Part shown: positions 29,712-41,822 of the stretch, one piece after another
Layout of the letters: each line of letters opens with the position of its first letter
How positions within the stretch are numbered: position 1 is the stretch's first letter
Assembly (NCBI GenBank): GCA_019358935.1
Contig: JAHHIK010000040.1
Span: 1-63,468, forward strand
Source: Tolypothrix carrinoi HA7290-LM1
Lineage (GTDB): Bacteria; Cyanobacteriota; Cyanobacteriia; Cyanobacteriales; Nostocaceae
DNA length: 63,468 bases
Direction: 5' to 3'
Notes under the pieces: generated by a model
Seen by the model: the letters and a program-made list of their open reading frames with translations, nothing else
Databases searched by the model: none
What the model was told of the DNA's origin: nothing
Translations under genes and position numbers: made by a program

Positions 29712-30239
29712 TTAATCAGGGTTAATTCTCATCAAAGGTTGACCATATTCGACCGATTCGCCATTTTGCACCAAAATTTCCATCACTTGTCCGGATATTT
29801 CGGTTTCGATCTCATTCATCAACTTCATTGCTTCGATAATACAGACAGTTTGACCGCTCTTGACGCGATCGCCCACTTCTACAAAAGACGATTCACCTGG
29901 AGCCGGAGCGCGATAAAATGTTCCCACCATCGGGGAAGGCACTTCTACCAATCGCTGGTCACGCGTCGAGTTTTGTGCTGACGACGGCACCCCAGTCCCG
30001 GCATTTTCTGTAACGCGACTTATGGCAATTTCCGGTAACGGAGTAAATGCCACTTGGGGTGCAGCTGGTGTCGTTGTCAATCCCGATCCAGCTGCACCGC
30101 TAAGGTGCCCTTGATTGCTGACGTTAACCCCCCTACGTACCGTTAATTCAAAATCGTTACTTTTAAGGGTTACTTCTGCAATATCTGTTTGTGCAATAGT
30201 TACCAGCAATTGGCGGATTTCATTAAAGTCCAATGGCAC
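29712..30239 (-). CDS. accB: Acetyl-CoA carboxylase biotin carboxyl carrier protein
   Basis: [17 protein letters not shown] biotinylation motif. Confidence 0.96.
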   Translation of the reverse strand: MPLDFNEIRQLLVTIAQTDIAEVTLKSNDFELTVRRGVNVSNQGHLSGAAGSGLTTTPAAPQVAFTPLPEIAISRVTENAGTGVPSSAQNSTRDQRLVEVPSPMVGTFYRAPAPGESSFVEVGDRVKSGQTVCIIEAMKLMNEIETEISGQVMEILVQNGESVEYGQPLMRINPD

Positions 30240-30346
30240 AGTTTTTCTTACCTCAACCTATCCGTATGAAATGTTTTTCGTGGCAAAAAGCTCGCATCCC
30301 GATTGTGGTGGAATTCCGCCTTCAGATAAACCAGGTGAGATAAAAA

Positions 30347-30904
30347 TTATTCCCTACTGATATACTTATCTTCCTGAGTATCAATTCGGATGCGTTCTCC
30401 CTGAGCAATAAACAAAGGAACCATGATAACTGCGCCAGTTTCGAGAGTTGCTGGTTTTGAACCACCTGTGGCAGTGTCACCTTTGACACCTGGATCTGTT
30501 TGGACAATTTCCAAAACCACAGACTTAGGCAATTCCACACCTAGGACTTGATCGCCCCAGCGGATGACTTCAGCTTCCATACCTTCTTTGAGGTATTTTA
30601 CGCGATCGCCAATTTGTTTAGCGCTCAATCTGCCTTCTTCATAAGTTTCCATATCCATAAAGACATACTCATCGCCTTCTTTATAGGTATGTTGCATCGT
30701 GCTTTTTTCTAGATTAGCCTGCGGCACAGTTTCCCCGGCTCGGAAGGTTTTTTCTACCACACTCCCACTCTGGACATTTTTCAGCTTTGTTCGGACAAAC
30801 GCAGAGCCTTTACCTGGCTTAACGTGCAAAAATTCTACCACCCGCCATACAGATCCATCTAAAACAATTGAAACACCGGGTCGAAAGTCGTTACTAGAAA
30901 TCAT
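30347..30904 (-). CDS. efp: Elongation factor P
   Basis: [21 protein letters not shown]; start MISSND. Confidence 0.97.
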   Translation of the reverse strand: MISSNDFRPGVSIVLDGSVWRVVEFLHVKPGKGSAFVRTKLKNVQSGSVVEKTFRAGETVPQANLEKSTMQHTYKEGDEYVFMDMETYEEGRLSAKQIGDRVKYLKEGMEAEVIRWGDQVLGVELPKSVVLEIVQTDPGVKGDTATGGSKPATLETGAVIMVPLFIAQGERIRIDTQEDKYISRE

Positions 30905-30974
30905 GAAGCTTTTACTCTTTGGAAGACAATCGGCATTTATTGTACCCCTCAAGCGGAGGAATTAGTCATTTTGT

Positions 30975-31085
30975 CATTGAGAATTGGGAATTGGGCATAG
31001 GGCAATGGGCATAGCGCATTGTAATTCCTCCTTGTCTCCCTTGTCTCCCTTGTCCCCCTCATCTCCCTCATCTCCCTCATCTGCC
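30975..31085. repeat. STRR/composite repeats (GGGCATA, CTTGTCTCC, CTCATCTCC)
   Basis: Tandem 7- and 9-mers. Confidence 0.7.
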
Positions 31086-31156
31086 TAGACTGTGGGAAGA
31101 TTATTCATGGGTTACGCAAGAAGTCAAAAATTTAGATGTCGCATTTGAGCCATGCC

Positions 31157-32263
31157 ATGTTCAACTTATTAAAATCCTGGCTGAAAAAAAGCCTAATTGC
31201 AGTGTTGTTGGTGACAATAAGTTTAGGCATAAGTACAGCTGGGTGGACTCCCATCAGTAGAGCCGCGCTACCAGCTGGAAATGCAATCACCGATGGCAAC
31301 GCCTTGTTACGCTACGCCCTGCCCATAGATAATAAACCCGTGCGGGACTTGCAAGCGTCTTTAGAAGACATTGCCGCGCAACTGCGAGCAAATCGCCGCT
31401 GGGGAGCTATTTCCAAAGACCTCAGCAAAGCATCGCGGATTCTGAATAATCCCGACAAAATCCTAGCAAGCGTCCCCGAAGAACGCCAACCCCAAGCTGA
31501 AGCTTGGATTGCTGAGTTAAAATCTGGCGTGACTTCCCTGAATGATGTCGTTAAAACCAAAGATAAAGAAAAACTTCGCTCTGGACGAGCCAAGCTGCTG
31601 AATCTCGTTACTTTGTTAGAAGAGTCAATGGTGAAAAAATACCCCTTTGAAGTGCCTGCTGAGTACAGCAACCTACCTCAACTCAAAGGTCGTGCCACCG
31701 TAGAAATGAAAACCAACAAAGGTAATCTTACTATGATTGTGGACGGCTACAGTGCCCCAGTCACTGCCGGAAACTTTGTTGATTTGGTACAAAGAGGGTT
31801 TTATAACGGTTTAGAATTTACCCGCTCTGAAGAATCTTACGTTTTGCAAACCGGAGATCCCGCAGGTAAAGAAGTCGGTTTTATTGACCCAAAAACGAAA
31901 AAATACCGCGCTATTCCCTTAGAAATTCTCGCTGAAGGCGATAAAGAACCGACCTACGGCATTACACTAGAAGCCGCTGGACGTTATCTTGATATGCCAG
32001 TTCTGCCTTTTTCTGCCTTTGGCGCGTTGGCGATGGCTCGTCCGGAAAGTGAAGTTAATGGCGGATCTTCGCAATTTTTCTTCTTTTTGTTTGAACCAGA
32101 ACTTACTCCAGCCGGACGCAATTTGTTAGATGGACGCTACTCCGTTTTTGGTTACCTCACCGAAGGCAAAGAAGTTTTAGATAAACTTAAGGCAGGTGAC
32201 AAAATCGAATCAGCAAAAGTCACCCAAGGCATAGAAAATTTAGTCGAGCCGAAAACAGCATAA
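31157..32263 (+). CDS. Thylakoid lumen cyclophilin-type peptidyl-prolyl isomerase (TLP40/CYP38-like)
   Basis: Signal peptide, LLRYALP, DGYSAPVTAGNFVDLV, SSQFFF, LDGRY.VFGY. Confidence 0.88.
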   Translation: MFNLLKSWLKKSLIAVLLVTISLGISTAGWTPISRAALPAGNAITDGNALLRYALPIDNKPVRDLQASLEDIAAQLRANRRWGAISKDLSKASRILNNPDKILASVPEERQPQAEAWIAELKSGVTSLNDVVKTKDKEKLRSGRAKLLNLVTLLEESMVKKYPFEVPAEYSNLPQLKGRATVEMKTNKGNLTMIVDGYSAPVTAGNFVDLVQRGFYNGLEFTRSEESYVLQTGDPAGKEVGFIDPKTKKYRAIPLEILAEGDKEPTYGITLEAAGRYLDMPVLPFSAFGALAMARPESEVNGGSSQFFFFLFEPELTPAGRNLLDGRYSVFGYLTEGKEVLDKLKAGDKIESAKVTQGIENLVEPKTA

Positions 32264-32388
32264 TCGATTTTGGATTTTGGATTTTGGATTTTGGATTTCA
32301 GATTCAATCCAAAATCCGTCTTGTAAAGTTCTGATCGGAGGAAACCTCCGCTTGTGACTTTCCGCAAAATCTAAAATCTAAAATCGCT

Positions 32389-33531
32389 ATGAAAGTTCGA
32401 GATATTGGTGAACAAGGTCTTTTAGAAAGATTGCAGCGCTTTTGTCCACCGGAGATTATCGGGGATGACGCAGCGGTGCTGGTGACGAAGCCGGGGCAAT
32501 CTTTGGTGGTGACAACCGACGTGCTGGTTGACGGCGTGCATTTTAGCGAGATTACCACTTCGCCAGAAGATGCCGGTTGGCGGGCTGCTGCTGCTAATTT
32601 ATCAGATTTGGCGGCAATGGGCGCTTCTCCACTGGGAATTACTGTTGGTTTGGGACTTAGGGGTGAAGTTAGCGTTAGTTGGGTTGAGGAATTGTACCAG
32701 GGTATAACACAATGCCTGCAAAAATACAATACCTCAATTGTGGGTGGTGATGTAGTGCGATCGCCTGTCATCACTTTATCAATCACCGCTTTTGGTCAAG
32801 CTCATCCCCATCAAATTATCCGCCGCAATCAAGCCCAAGTCGGGGATGCGATCGTTGTCACAGGTGTTCATGGAGCCTCCCGCGCTGGCTTAGAACTGCT
32901 GTTACATCCAGAATTGGGGCAAAACCTCACTCAAGGGGATTATACGGCTCTCATCCGCGCACACCAGCGCCCACAACCCCGTTTAGATGTCTTACCCATC
33001 CTCTGGGAAATTTTATCTGACTCAATTCCACAAGGGCGGGCAAACCCCGCCCCTACTCCCCCCATCCCCCCATCCCCCCACGCCAGTCGCACGCCAGGTG
33101 CTACAACGTTCGTGACCTCCGCAACGCACTGGCTCCTCAACGTTCGTGACCTCCGCACGGCGCTGGCTCCTCTCCCCATCTCCGGTATGGACAGCAGCGA
33201 CGGTTTGGCGGATGCAGTTTTGCAAATTTGCCGCGCCAGTGGTGTTGGTGCTGTTCTAGAATCTACGCAAATTCCTTTACCAAATGCTTTCAACTACTGG
33301 CTGACAAGAGAAAAAGCGCTCTTTAACGCTCTTTATGGCGGCGAAGATTTTGAATTAGTGCTGTGCTTGCCAAAACAGCCAGCTAGTGCATTAGTTGAAA
33401 AACTTGGCAAAGGGGCAGCGATCGCCGGAACAATTACATCTGGCTCCAAAGTTCTGTTACACGACCAGAACGCAAAAAACCCCGACCAAGTTCTCACTCT
33501 TGGTCGAGGGTTTCAACATTTTAGGAGTTAG
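32389..33531 (+). CDS. thiL: Thiamine-monophosphate kinase with in-frame repeat insertion
   Basis: IGDDAA, TTD.LVDGVHF, NLSDLAAMG, MDSSDGLAD, GGEDFEL, GFQHF. Confidence 0.92.
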   Translation: MKVRDIGEQGLLERLQRFCPPEIIGDDAAVLVTKPGQSLVVTTDVLVDGVHFSEITTSPEDAGWRAAAANLSDLAAMGASPLGITVGLGLRGEVSVSWVEELYQGITQCLQKYNTSIVGGDVVRSPVITLSITAFGQAHPHQIIRRNQAQVGDAIVVTGVHGASRAGLELLLHPELGQNLTQGDYTALIRAHQRPQPRLDVLPILWEILSDSIPQGRANPAPTPPIPPSPHASRTPGATTFVTSATHWLLNVRDLRTALAPLPISGMDSSDGLADAVLQICRASGVGAVLESTQIPLPNAFNYWLTREKALFNALYGGEDFELVLCLPKQPASALVEKLGKGAAIAGTITSGSKVLLHDQNAKNPDQVLTLGRGFQHFRS

Positions 33532-33673
33532 GAGGCGCGGAGTTAGGAGGCGCGGAGTTGTCAGTTAGGAGTTGTCAGTTGGGAGTTGAAGCCCATTTTT
33601 GATTCAAAAACCACAACTGACAACTCAAAACTTAAAATTCCTCACTCATAACTCCTAATTCCTAACTTTTTGC

Positions 33674-34687
33674 TTAACTCCACTTCTCGGCTACTAGCTC
33701 TGCCAAATCCAAGACTCGCTGGCTGTAACCCCACTCGTTGTCATACCACGCCATCACCTTCACCATGTCGCTGCCCATGACCATTGTCAAGCTAGCATCG
33801 ACAATCGAAGAAGCTTCAGTACCTTGGTGATCGGATGATACCAAGGGTAGGTCGCAATAGTCCAAAATGCCTTTCATTGGACCTTCGGAGGCATCTCTCA
33901 GGGCTTGGTTGACTTCTTCGGTAATAGTGCGCTTCTCGACGTTAACGACGAAATCCACCATCGAAACGTTCGGGGTGGGTACGCGCAATGCCACACCATT
34001 TAGCTTACCTTTGAGGTCTGGTAGTACCAACGCTACAGCTTTTGCCGCACCTGTGGAGGTGGGTACAATGTTCATTGCCGCAGCACGAGCACGTCGCAGA
34101 TCCCGGTGGCTGGCGTCTAATAAGCGCTGGTCGCCGGTGTAACTGTGAGTAGTGGTCATTGTGCCTTTGATGATGTTGAACTTCTCGTGCAACACCTTGG
34201 CAATGGGAGCTAAACAGTTGGTAGTACAGCTGGCATTACTGATGATGTTGTGTTTGTTGTGATCGTAATCGTGATGATTCACGCCAACTACAAACGTACC
34301 ATCTTCGTTTTTGCCTGGGGCAGTGATCAGAACTTTTTTGGCACCTGCATTTACATGCTTCATTGCCCCTTCTTTGCTGGTAAATACACCTGTTGCTTCA
34401 ATAATCAGGTCTATTTCCCAGTCTCTCCAGGGCAAGTTTTCTGGATTGCGATCGGATACGCACTTAACGGTCTTACCGTTAACGATGATAGAATTATCAT
34501 CGGCAGAAATGTCAGCATTCTGTAACTTTCCTAGCATCGTGTCATATCTGAGCAGATGCGCGTTGGTTCTTGGGTCTGAGGTGTCGTTGATAGCAACCAC
34601 GTCGATGTTGCTATGTTCTCTACCTACCCAGCAGCGCATAAAGTTACGTCCAATGCGCCCAAAACCGTTGATTGCAACTCTAATCAC
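33674..34687 (-). CDS. gap2: NAD(P)-dependent glyceraldehyde-3-phosphate dehydrogenase (Gap2)
   Basis: [49 protein letters not shown]. Confidence 0.93.
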   Translation of the reverse strand: MIRVAINGFGRIGRNFMRCWVGREHSNIDVVAINDTSDPRTNAHLLRYDTMLGKLQNADISADDNSIIVNGKTVKCVSDRNPENLPWRDWEIDLIIEATGVFTSKEGAMKHVNAGAKKVLITAPGKNEDGTFVVGVNHHDYDHNKHNIISNASCTTNCLAPIAKVLHEKFNIIKGTMTTTHSYTGDQRLLDASHRDLRRARAAAMNIVPTSTGAAKAVALVLPDLKGKLNGVALRVPTPNVSMVDFVVNVEKRTITEEVNQALRDASEGPMKGILDYCDLPLVSSDHQGTEASSIVDASLTMVMGSDMVKVMAWYDNEWGYSQRVLDLAELVAEKWS

Positions 34688-34804
34688 AGCGTCTTGCCCC
34701 TCTGTATTTATGCCTATACATTAATATCGTTGACCACGATCATACAGCAAATGGAGGGGGTATTTATAACTATAAAGTGCTAGAGCAACAAAAAAATACA
34801 TATT

Positions 34805-35428
34805 TTATTTAGATTTATCGAAGTAGAGGTTTTGGGCAGCGATGTAAGATCTGACCGATTCTGGGACTAAATAACGAATTGACTGGCGTACGCCGCACAT
34901 CTGCCGAATTATAGTTGACGAAAGTCCCACTAAAGGTATATGCAATAATTGCCAGCTAATGGTATAGGATTGTTTTTGCAGTTGTTGTACTTGCTTGCAG
35001 ATCAACTCGCTTTGAGCTATATTCTCACCACCGACTAATCGGGGTGCAACCAACAAATCACACATTTGTACTAATTCTCGTCCACGATACCAACGGGGCA
35101 AAGTAAGCATGGCATCCAAGCCTAGAATCCAGTACCAGTGAGTATTAGGGTAAAAAGTAGATAACTCAAGTAGGGTATCAATCGCATAGGAAGTTCCGGA
35201 GCGATTCATCTCAACCAATGAAATAGTAAACGAGGGGTTGTCTTTGATCGCTAGTTGGAGCATTTCTACTCGATGCTCAAAGGAAGTCGCTTGTTTATGA
35301 GGAGGATTTAACGATGGCACCCAAATTACGTATTCTAAGGGTACTTGATGCAAAGCTGTCTCGGCTAGAATCAAGTGTCCCCAATGAACAGGATCAAAAG
35401 TGCCGCCGAAAATTGCAATAGACCGCAT
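34805..35428 (-). CDS. nadD: Nicotinate-nucleotide adenylyltransferase
   Basis: FGGTFDPVHWGHL, PPHK, SSTIIR, YLVPE.V. Confidence 0.92.
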   Translation of the reverse strand: MRSIAIFGGTFDPVHWGHLILAETALHQVPLEYVIWVPSLNPPHKQATSFEHRVEMLQLAIKDNPSFTISLVEMNRSGTSYAIDTLLELSTFYPNTHWYWILGLDAMLTLPRWYRGRELVQMCDLLVAPRLVGGENIAQSELICKQVQQLQKQSYTISWQLLHIPLVGLSSTIIRQMCGVRQSIRYLVPESVRSYIAAQNLYFDKSK

Positions 35429-35774
35429 TCGCACGATTTGTGAGTTTTATTTCAGTTTAAAAGCAGTTTCGCATCCCAATGTACTATTGAGCAATAATTC
35501 CAGTAAGGAAAACAAAAAATGTATTTGAAATTACACTCATTTCTTTCCCGATGCGGCGGAAATTTTCAGAATAAACATAAAAACAGTTCAGAAAAAGAAA
35601 AAATCGCATGCCTTGGTAAAATCATTCTGAACATGCATATGTTTAGCATTCGATAGCAACTGAATCATCAGACAGAAAATAATGCAGGATCTGTAACGGT
35701 AAAAATCAAATTCCTGTTATGATACGCGTGTCATTTGTGAATATTGGTGTGGTGTGGTGTAAGAGGATTAAACA

Positions 35775-37250
35775 ATGAGCAATTCTGTAGACTTTAGTGG
35801 TAGACCATTTCACTTTATTGGTATTGGCGGTATAGGTATGTCTGCTCTGGCATACGTTCTGACAAAACGCCATTTGCCAGTGTCAGGTTCGGATCTTCGT
35901 CCCAACCACATTACGCGAAAGTTAGAAAGTATCGGCTCTCATATATTTGGGACACAATCAGCAAGCAATCTCGCCTTTTTTCATCCGGAAAGTGAGGTTA
36001 TTACTGAGAAGAATACAGTAGTATTAAACTCGCCAGAAAAATTGCCTACTGTAAGTAAAGCAATACTGCCCCAAGTCATTTGTTCAACAGCAATTAATAC
36101 AAATAATTTAGAATACAAAGCAGCACTAGAATTAGGTTGTCCAATCTTTCATCGGTCTGATGTGCTAGCCGCATTAATTGCGGAATATTACAGTATTGCA
36201 GTAGCAGGAACGCATGGTAAAACTACTACTAGTAGCATGATTGGTTATATGCTATTGCAAGCTGGTTTAGACCCAACGATTCTGATAGGTGGCGAAGTAA
36301 AAGCTTGGTCTGGCAATGCCCGATTGGGAGAAAGTAAGTATCTAGTAGCTGAGGCAGATGAATCAGATGGTTCTTTGGTGAAACATGCCCCGGAAATTGG
36401 CATCATCACCAATATTGAATTAGATCATCCCGACCACTACGACACATTAGAGCAGGTGGTGGAAACTTTCCAGACATTTGCTAAAAGTTGCAAAGTATTG
36501 ATCGGTAGTATTGATTGTCAAACGGTAAGCGATCGCCTCAAACCAACTATCAGCTACAGCTTACACTCAGACACCGAAGCTGATTACACTGTCACCAATA
36601 TCGAATATCGCGCCGATGGTACTACAGCTTTAGTTTGGGAACGAGGCAAAGCCTTGGGCTTATTGAACTTGCGTTTGCTCGGTCGTCACAACCTCAGCAA
36701 CTCCTTAGCCGCAGTCGCTGTTGGTCGAGCTTTGGGTTTAGAATTTGGCTTAATTGCTGAATCTCTCGCCACTTTTGAAGGTGCAAGACGCCGCTTTGAA
36801 TTACGGGGTGAAGTCGATGGTATTACCTTCATTGACGACTATGCACATCACCCCAGTGAAATTCGCGCCACTCTCGCAGCCGCACGTCTCCAAGCAAGAC
36901 CCGGACAAAGAGTAGTTGCTATCTTTCAACCACATCGTTACAGCCGCACGCTCACCTTTTTAGAAGAATTTGCCGAATCCTTTACTTATGCTGATTTGGT
37001 CGTCATCACTGACATTTATAGTGCAGGCGAACCAGATTTAGGACAAGTCAGTGGTGAACAACTAATGGCGAAAATTGCTACTCACCAGTCCAACGTGACT
37101 TATCAACCGACTTTATCCTCAGTGCGTGAATACTTACTTTCTAAGCTGCGTCCTGGAGACTTAGCTTTGTTTTTGGGCGCCGGGAACTTGAACATGGTGA
37201 TACCCGAAGTAATTACAACTCTTTGCGAACCAGCTAAAGCTAGATCCTAA
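35775..37250 (+). CDS. murC: UDP-N-acetylmuramate--L-alanine ligase
   Basis: [38 protein letters not shown]. Confidence 0.96.
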   Translation: MSNSVDFSGRPFHFIGIGGIGMSALAYVLTKRHLPVSGSDLRPNHITRKLESIGSHIFGTQSASNLAFFHPESEVITEKNTVVLNSPEKLPTVSKAILPQVICSTAINTNNLEYKAALELGCPIFHRSDVLAALIAEYYSIAVAGTHGKTTTSSMIGYMLLQAGLDPTILIGGEVKAWSGNARLGESKYLVAEADESDGSLVKHAPEIGIITNIELDHPDHYDTLEQVVETFQTFAKSCKVLIGSIDCQTVSDRLKPTISYSLHSDTEADYTVTNIEYRADGTTALVWERGKALGLLNLRLLGRHNLSNSLAAVAVGRALGLEFGLIAESLATFEGARRRFELRGEVDGITFIDDYAHHPSEIRATLAAARLQARPGQRVVAIFQPHRYSRTLTFLEEFAESFTYADLVVITDIYSAGEPDLGQVSGEQLMAKIATHQSNVTYQPTLSSVREYLLSKLRPGDLALFLGAGNLNMVIPEVITTLCEPAKARS

Positions 37251-37372
37251 AAGCTGACACTTGTTGCTTAATTCCAAAAGCATTGTGTCTGTCTCGCGAG
37301 AGTTTTCTTGCTTCACAATTTTGCCGTATCTATACGGCATATAAATGTAAAAAAATCACCAGTTTAAGTTAT

Positions 37373-38365
37373 ATGACAATTTCCCAGGCAGCTGAAAACG
37401 TCTGCAAAGTTTCTACCTTAGCGACAAGTAAGCAAGAAACAGTTAATTCTATCGACAAGAAAGTTTACATAATCGGTAGCGATTTTGCAATCAAGTCTCA
37501 GGCTTCCCTCGCAGCGGTTACTTCCTACAGAGTTGGCGGACCCGCCGAATGGTACGCAGCTCCGCGAAACTTAGCAGCACTGGAAGCAAGTGTAAAGTAC
37601 GCAAAAGAACATGATTTATCAGTAACAATACTCGGCGCAGGCTCTAACTTGTTGGTAAGCGATCGCGGTATATCCGGTTTAGTTATCGCGACTCGTCATC
37701 TGCGCCACAGCCACTTTGACCCCCAAACAGGTCGATTAACAGTTGCAGCGGGAGAATCAATCCCCAGCTTGGCTTGGCAAGCAGCAGATTTGGGTTGGTC
37801 CGGATTAGAATGGGCGGTTGGCATCCCCGGAACCGTCGGCGGTGCGGTTGTGATGAATGCTGGGGCACACAGTAGCTGTGTAGCACAGATGTTAGTTAGC
37901 GCCGAAGTGCTTTCACCTGATGGCACATTAGAAATTGTCACCCCAGATGAGTTGGGTTACGCCTATCGGACTTCGTTACTACAAGGAAGCGATCGCATAG
38001 TCACCCAAGCCACCTTCCAACTTAAGCCAGGGGCAGATCCGGCTTTAGTTGTAGCTGCAACAAAACAACACAAACAACATCGTCTGACCACTCAACCCTA
38101 CAACTTCCCCAGCTGTGGTAGCGTGTTCCGCAATCCCAAACCTCATAGCGCAGGCTGGTTAATTGAACAAACCGGTCTTAAAGGCTATCAAATAGGCGGA
38201 GCGCAAGTAGCACAACTCCACGCTAATTTTATCGTCAATCGTGGCGGGGCAAAAGCTAACGATATCTTTGGTCTAATTCGCCACATCCAACAGCGGGTAC
38301 AAGACCGCTGGTCGATTTTGTTAGAGCCAGAAGTCAAAATGATCGGCGAGTTTCAACCTGTTTGA
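37373..38365 (+). CDS. murB: UDP-N-acetylenolpyruvoylglucosamine reductase
   Basis: [39 protein letters not shown]. Confidence 0.95.
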   Translation: MTISQAAENVCKVSTLATSKQETVNSIDKKVYIIGSDFAIKSQASLAAVTSYRVGGPAEWYAAPRNLAALEASVKYAKEHDLSVTILGAGSNLLVSDRGISGLVIATRHLRHSHFDPQTGRLTVAAGESIPSLAWQAADLGWSGLEWAVGIPGTVGGAVVMNAGAHSSCVAQMLVSAEVLSPDGTLEIVTPDELGYAYRTSLLQGSDRIVTQATFQLKPGADPALVVAATKQHKQHRLTTQPYNFPSCGSVFRNPKPHSAGWLIEQTGLKGYQIGGAQVAQLHANFIVNRGGAKANDIFGLIRHIQQRVQDRWSILLEPEVKMIGEFQPV

Positions 38366-38369
38366 AGAA

Positions 38370-38582
38370 AATGGGGAATGGGGAATGGGGAATGGTGAGC
38401 CAGCGCGGTCTTGGGGAGGCAGTGCGGTGGACGGGTTCCACAGGCTACAGCACCTGCCGTGGTCTCCCCCATGAGCGACTTCAGAACCCCGAAGGGGGTA
38501 ATAGGTAATGGGTAATGGGGAATGGAAAAACAATTACCACGTTCCCAATTACCACGTTCCCAATTACCAATTCCCAATGCCC
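38370..38582. repeat. STRR arrays with nested small dispersed repeats
   Basis: (GGGAATG)n and (GGGTAAT)n flanking gagccagcgc..ggaggcagtgcg..gcacctgccgt..gcgact. Confidence 0.65.
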
Positions 38583-38668
38583 CTAATAGGTAAAAAAACA
38601 GGCAACTTGCCTGCGGCATCTATAATTGAATTTGATTTGTTATTCAACGCACACGCGGACAATCAGTT

Positions 38669-39016
38669 ATGGCAGAAAAAGGACAGGGATTTGGCTTCGG
38701 CTTAGGAAAAATGAAAGAACTCGCCGAAGCGTTTAAAAAAGCGCAGCAAGTTCAAGAAGGCGCGAAAAAACTCCAAGAAGAATTGGAGCAAATGGAAATT
38801 TTGGGAGAGTCTGGTGGTGGTCTGGTCAAGGTGATTGTCAGCGGAAACCAAGAACCAAAGCGCGTGGAAATTTCCCCAACTGCTCTAGAAGAAGGTGCAG
38901 ATGTACTTTCCGACCTTGTGACAGCAGCAATGAAAGATGCTTACAACAAGTCCACTGCGACAATGCGCGATCGCATGGAAGACTTGACCAGTGGGCTAGA
39001 ACTTCCCGGATTTTAA
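38669..39016 (+). CDS. YbaB/EbfC family nucleoid-associated protein
   Basis: AQQVQ..LQEEL...[11 protein letters not shown]. Confidence 0.9.
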   Translation: MAEKGQGFGFGLGKMKELAEAFKKAQQVQEGAKKLQEELEQMEILGESGGGLVKVIVSGNQEPKRVEISPTALEEGADVLSDLVTAAMKDAYNKSTATMRDRMEDLTSGLELPGF

Positions 39017-39034
39017 TAAAGTGTCAATAGGAGC

Positions 39035-39242
39035 GTGGTTAGTGGTTAGTGGATAGTGGTTAGTGGTTAGTGGTTAGTGGATAGTGGTTAGTGGATAGTG
39101 GTTAGTGGATAGTGGTTAGTAATATTTTTTTGCGACCAACAACGCTCCAACGCTCCTTTTGTACAGACGTTCCATTGGAACGTCTCTACCGCTCCAACTC
39201 ACAACTCACTTTTGTACAGACGTTCCATTGGAACGTCTCTAC
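39035..39242. repeat. (GGTTAGT/GGATAGT)n array plus two identical REP-like palindromes TGTACAGACGTTCCATTGGAACGTCTCTAC
   Basis: Palindromes at 39160-39189 and 39213-39242. Confidence 0.8.
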
Positions 39243-39260
39243 CGCGCAAAACCGATTTTT

Positions 39261-39734
39261 ATGCCTTATAAGCTGCTTTTTGTCTGCCTGGGGAACATTT
39301 GCCGTTCGCCATCGGCAGAAAATATCATGTATCATTTAATCGAGCAGGCAGGCTTGAGCGAAAGCATCCTGTGTGACTCTGCTGGGACATCTAGTTACCA
39401 CATTGGTAGCCCACCTGACAGACGCATGAGTGTTGCGGCTATTCAAAAGTTGGGAATTAAACTACGTGGTTCAGCCCGACAGTTTCAAAAGTCAGATTTT
39501 CAAGATTTTGATTTGATTTTGGCAATGGATCGAGAGAATTATGAGGATATCCTCTCTCTCGATCCAACTGGGCTGTATCGTCAGAAAGTGCGTTTGATGT
39601 GTGACTTTTGCTCTAAGTACACTATTCCAGAAGTTCCAGACCCTTACTATGGCGGTTCAGAGGGATTTAATCAGGTGATTGATTTACTCGTAGATGCTTG
39701 TGAAGGTCTGCTGAAACACGTCACCAGTCAGTAA
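39261..39734 (+). CDS. Low molecular weight protein-tyrosine phosphatase
   Basis: FVCLGNICRS, DSAGT, DPYYG. Confidence 0.93.
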   Translation: MPYKLLFVCLGNICRSPSAENIMYHLIEQAGLSESILCDSAGTSSYHIGSPPDRRMSVAAIQKLGIKLRGSARQFQKSDFQDFDLILAMDRENYEDILSLDPTGLYRQKVRLMCDFCSKYTIPEVPDPYYGGSEGFNQVIDLLVDACEGLLKHVTSQ

Positions 39735-39753
39735 CTAAGAGTGTGATTAGCTG

Positions 39754-40431
39754 TTATTTAACTAAACCGTGCGTAATCGCAAAACGCACCAGTTCGGCGC
39801 GGTTGTTGGTATCAGTTTTCTTTAGTAAGCTGCTAACGTACTTTTCTACTGTCCGAGGACTTAGATGTAACTGATTACCCATCTGGGCATTAGAAAGACC
39901 ATGAGTTAACAGGTAGAGGACTTCCTGTTCTCTAGAACTTAAAGGTAAAAGTACTTCTCCCTTCTCAAAATGATTAACATGATTATGAGAGTCAGCAACT
40001 TTAAAAGCAGAATTACCTGGATTTTCTTGATGAGAAAAGCCATACTCTGATTTCATGATTTGCGATCGCTCTAATAAATTCCGAATCGCTGCGGCTAACT
40101 CTTCTAACTCAAAAGGCTTGGGCAAATATAAATCGCACCCTGACTGATAGCCCAAGATTCTTTCCTGAGTCTTTATTCTTGCCGTTAACAAAATTACCGG
40201 TAACAAACGAAACGCTGGTTTTTGACGCACCTGGCGCACCAATTCATAGCCATTCATTCGTGGCATGACAATATCGGTGACAATCAGATCGGGATGGTAC
40301 TCTTCCACAATCTCCAGAGCCTCTTGACCATCATCAGCTGTAATTACTATGTAGCCAGATAATTCAAGATAATCGCTGATAGACAGACGAGTGCCCAGGT
40401 CGTCATCCACTACAAGGATCGTCAAGGGCAT
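39754..40431 (-). CDS. NarL/LuxR family response regulator
   Basis: Receiver VVDDD..DIVMP..KPF plus LuxR HTH (RE.EVL..G.SN..SPRTVEKY). Confidence 0.92.
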   Translation of the reverse strand: MPLTILVVDDDLGTRLSISDYLELSGYIVITADDGQEALEIVEEYHPDLIVTDIVMPRMNGYELVRQVRQKPAFRLLPVILLTARIKTQERILGYQSGCDLYLPKPFELEELAAAIRNLLERSQIMKSEYGFSHQENPGNSAFKVADSHNHVNHFEKGEVLLPLSSREQEVLYLLTHGLSNAQMGNQLHLSPRTVEKYVSSLLKKTDTNNRAELVRFAITHGLVK

Positions 40432-40864
40432 GGACAGTACACCCCTAGCATTTTTTTGAATAAACAATTTGCTTCTATGAGCAATATCAGTAGACTTAAG
40501 CAACAATAGTACTATTATGTTTCATACTATGACAGGATTAACAGCTAGTAACTGCCTTTGGGTTGATTTATAAATAAAATCTTAAATTCTTACAATAGCT
40601 TAATAAATTTTAACTCATTTTCTTCAGGTGTGTGATGCGGGCAGATAGTTTTATGATTTGTCATCACTAAACGAGTACTCTTAGGCGATCGCCCTTCAAG
40701 TGACTATAAATTAATACTTACTAAATAAATCACCTCGCACGTTAAATTAATAAGATAACACTGATATCCAGTAAAGCATTTATAGTGGTTTAATATCCCC
40801 CACTAAAGTTTAGCAACAACTAAACACGAATTTTTAGGCAAATTTGACGCAAGCAAAATACTCA

Positions 40865-41332
40865 ATGAGCGAGAAAAGCGACAGTTACAAAGTTGTAAGC
40901 GATAATCGGCAAGCCCGTTATTTGTACGAAATCCTGGAAACCTACGAGGCTGGAGTTCAGTTGACAGGCACCGAGGTTAAGTCAATCCGTGCGGGAAAAG
41001 TTAATCTCCAAGATGGCTATGCTTTGATTCGCGATGGCGAAGCATGGCTTTTGAACGTACATATCTCCCCTTACACTGCTAGCGGACAATATTTTAACCA
41101 TGAACCGCGCCGCACGCGCAAGCTGCTGCTGCATCGCCAAGAAATCCGCAAGCTAATTGGCAAGGTGGAACAACAAGGTTTAACTTTAGTTCCTTTGAAA
41201 ATGTATTTGAAACGAGGTTTAGTAAAAGTAAGTATCGCTCTAGGCAAAGGTAAAAAGCTCCACGATAAGCGAGAAGACTTGAAACGACGCCAAGATCAAC
41301 GCGATATTCAACGGGCGATGAAGAATTATTAA
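40865..41332 (+). CDS. smpB: SsrA-binding protein
   Basis: NRQARY.Y, EAG..L.GTEVKSIR, RKLLLH, GKKLHDKR. Confidence 0.97.
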   Translation: MSEKSDSYKVVSDNRQARYLYEILETYEAGVQLTGTEVKSIRAGKVNLQDGYALIRDGEAWLLNVHISPYTASGQYFNHEPRRTRKLLLHRQEIRKLIGKVEQQGLTLVPLKMYLKRGLVKVSIALGKGKKLHDKREDLKRRQDQRDIQRAMKNY

Positions 41333-41516
41333 GCCGCACTTCCAAAACAGACAGAAGTACTACATCAGAGAGAGAAACAGGTTTAAGTAACCAACAAAAG
41401 TCTATCCTCAGCGTGAGTTTAGAGAAACTTGAGTTTATAGCTGTAGATTGATTCAATTAATCTTTGGAGTAGATAAATTGGTGAGTAACAAAGGAACCGA
41501 ACAGGAACAAACATTT

Positions 41517-41822
41517 ATGAAAAGTAATCTCACCAAAGTTATTGGCGCTAGCGTTTTTGCCTTGAGTATGACAATGTTGCCCTTAACATTGCCTGCACAA
41601 GCTCAATCTAATGGTGGAACCAGCAACACCACCACAGATGGAACCACAACAACTGCCCCAAGCACAACAACAACAACTTATGAAAGAAATGATTTTGATT
41701 GGGGTTGGTTAGGATTAACAGGTTTATTAGGTCTAGCAGGTTTGGCTGGTAAAAAGCGCAGTGAAGACGCAACCCGCTATCGCGACCCAAACGCCGTAGG
41801 TACTTCGACTTACAGAGAATAA
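41517..41822 (+). CDS. WGxxGxxG-family secreted/membrane-anchored small protein
   Basis: Signal peptide (AQA), Thr-rich linker, DWGWLGLTGLLGLAGLAGKKR. Confidence 0.85.
   Translation: MKSNLTKVIGASVFALSMTMLPLTLPAQAQSNGGTSNTTTDGTTTTAPSTTTTTYERNDFDWGWLGLTGLLGLAGLAGKKRSEDATRYRDPNAVGTSTYRE

Noticed and set aside
39160..39242. Two identical 30-bp palindromes 23 bp apart as a mini-CRISPR
   Set aside because: Only two copies, and they belong to the dispersed GTAG/REP-like family seen across the window.
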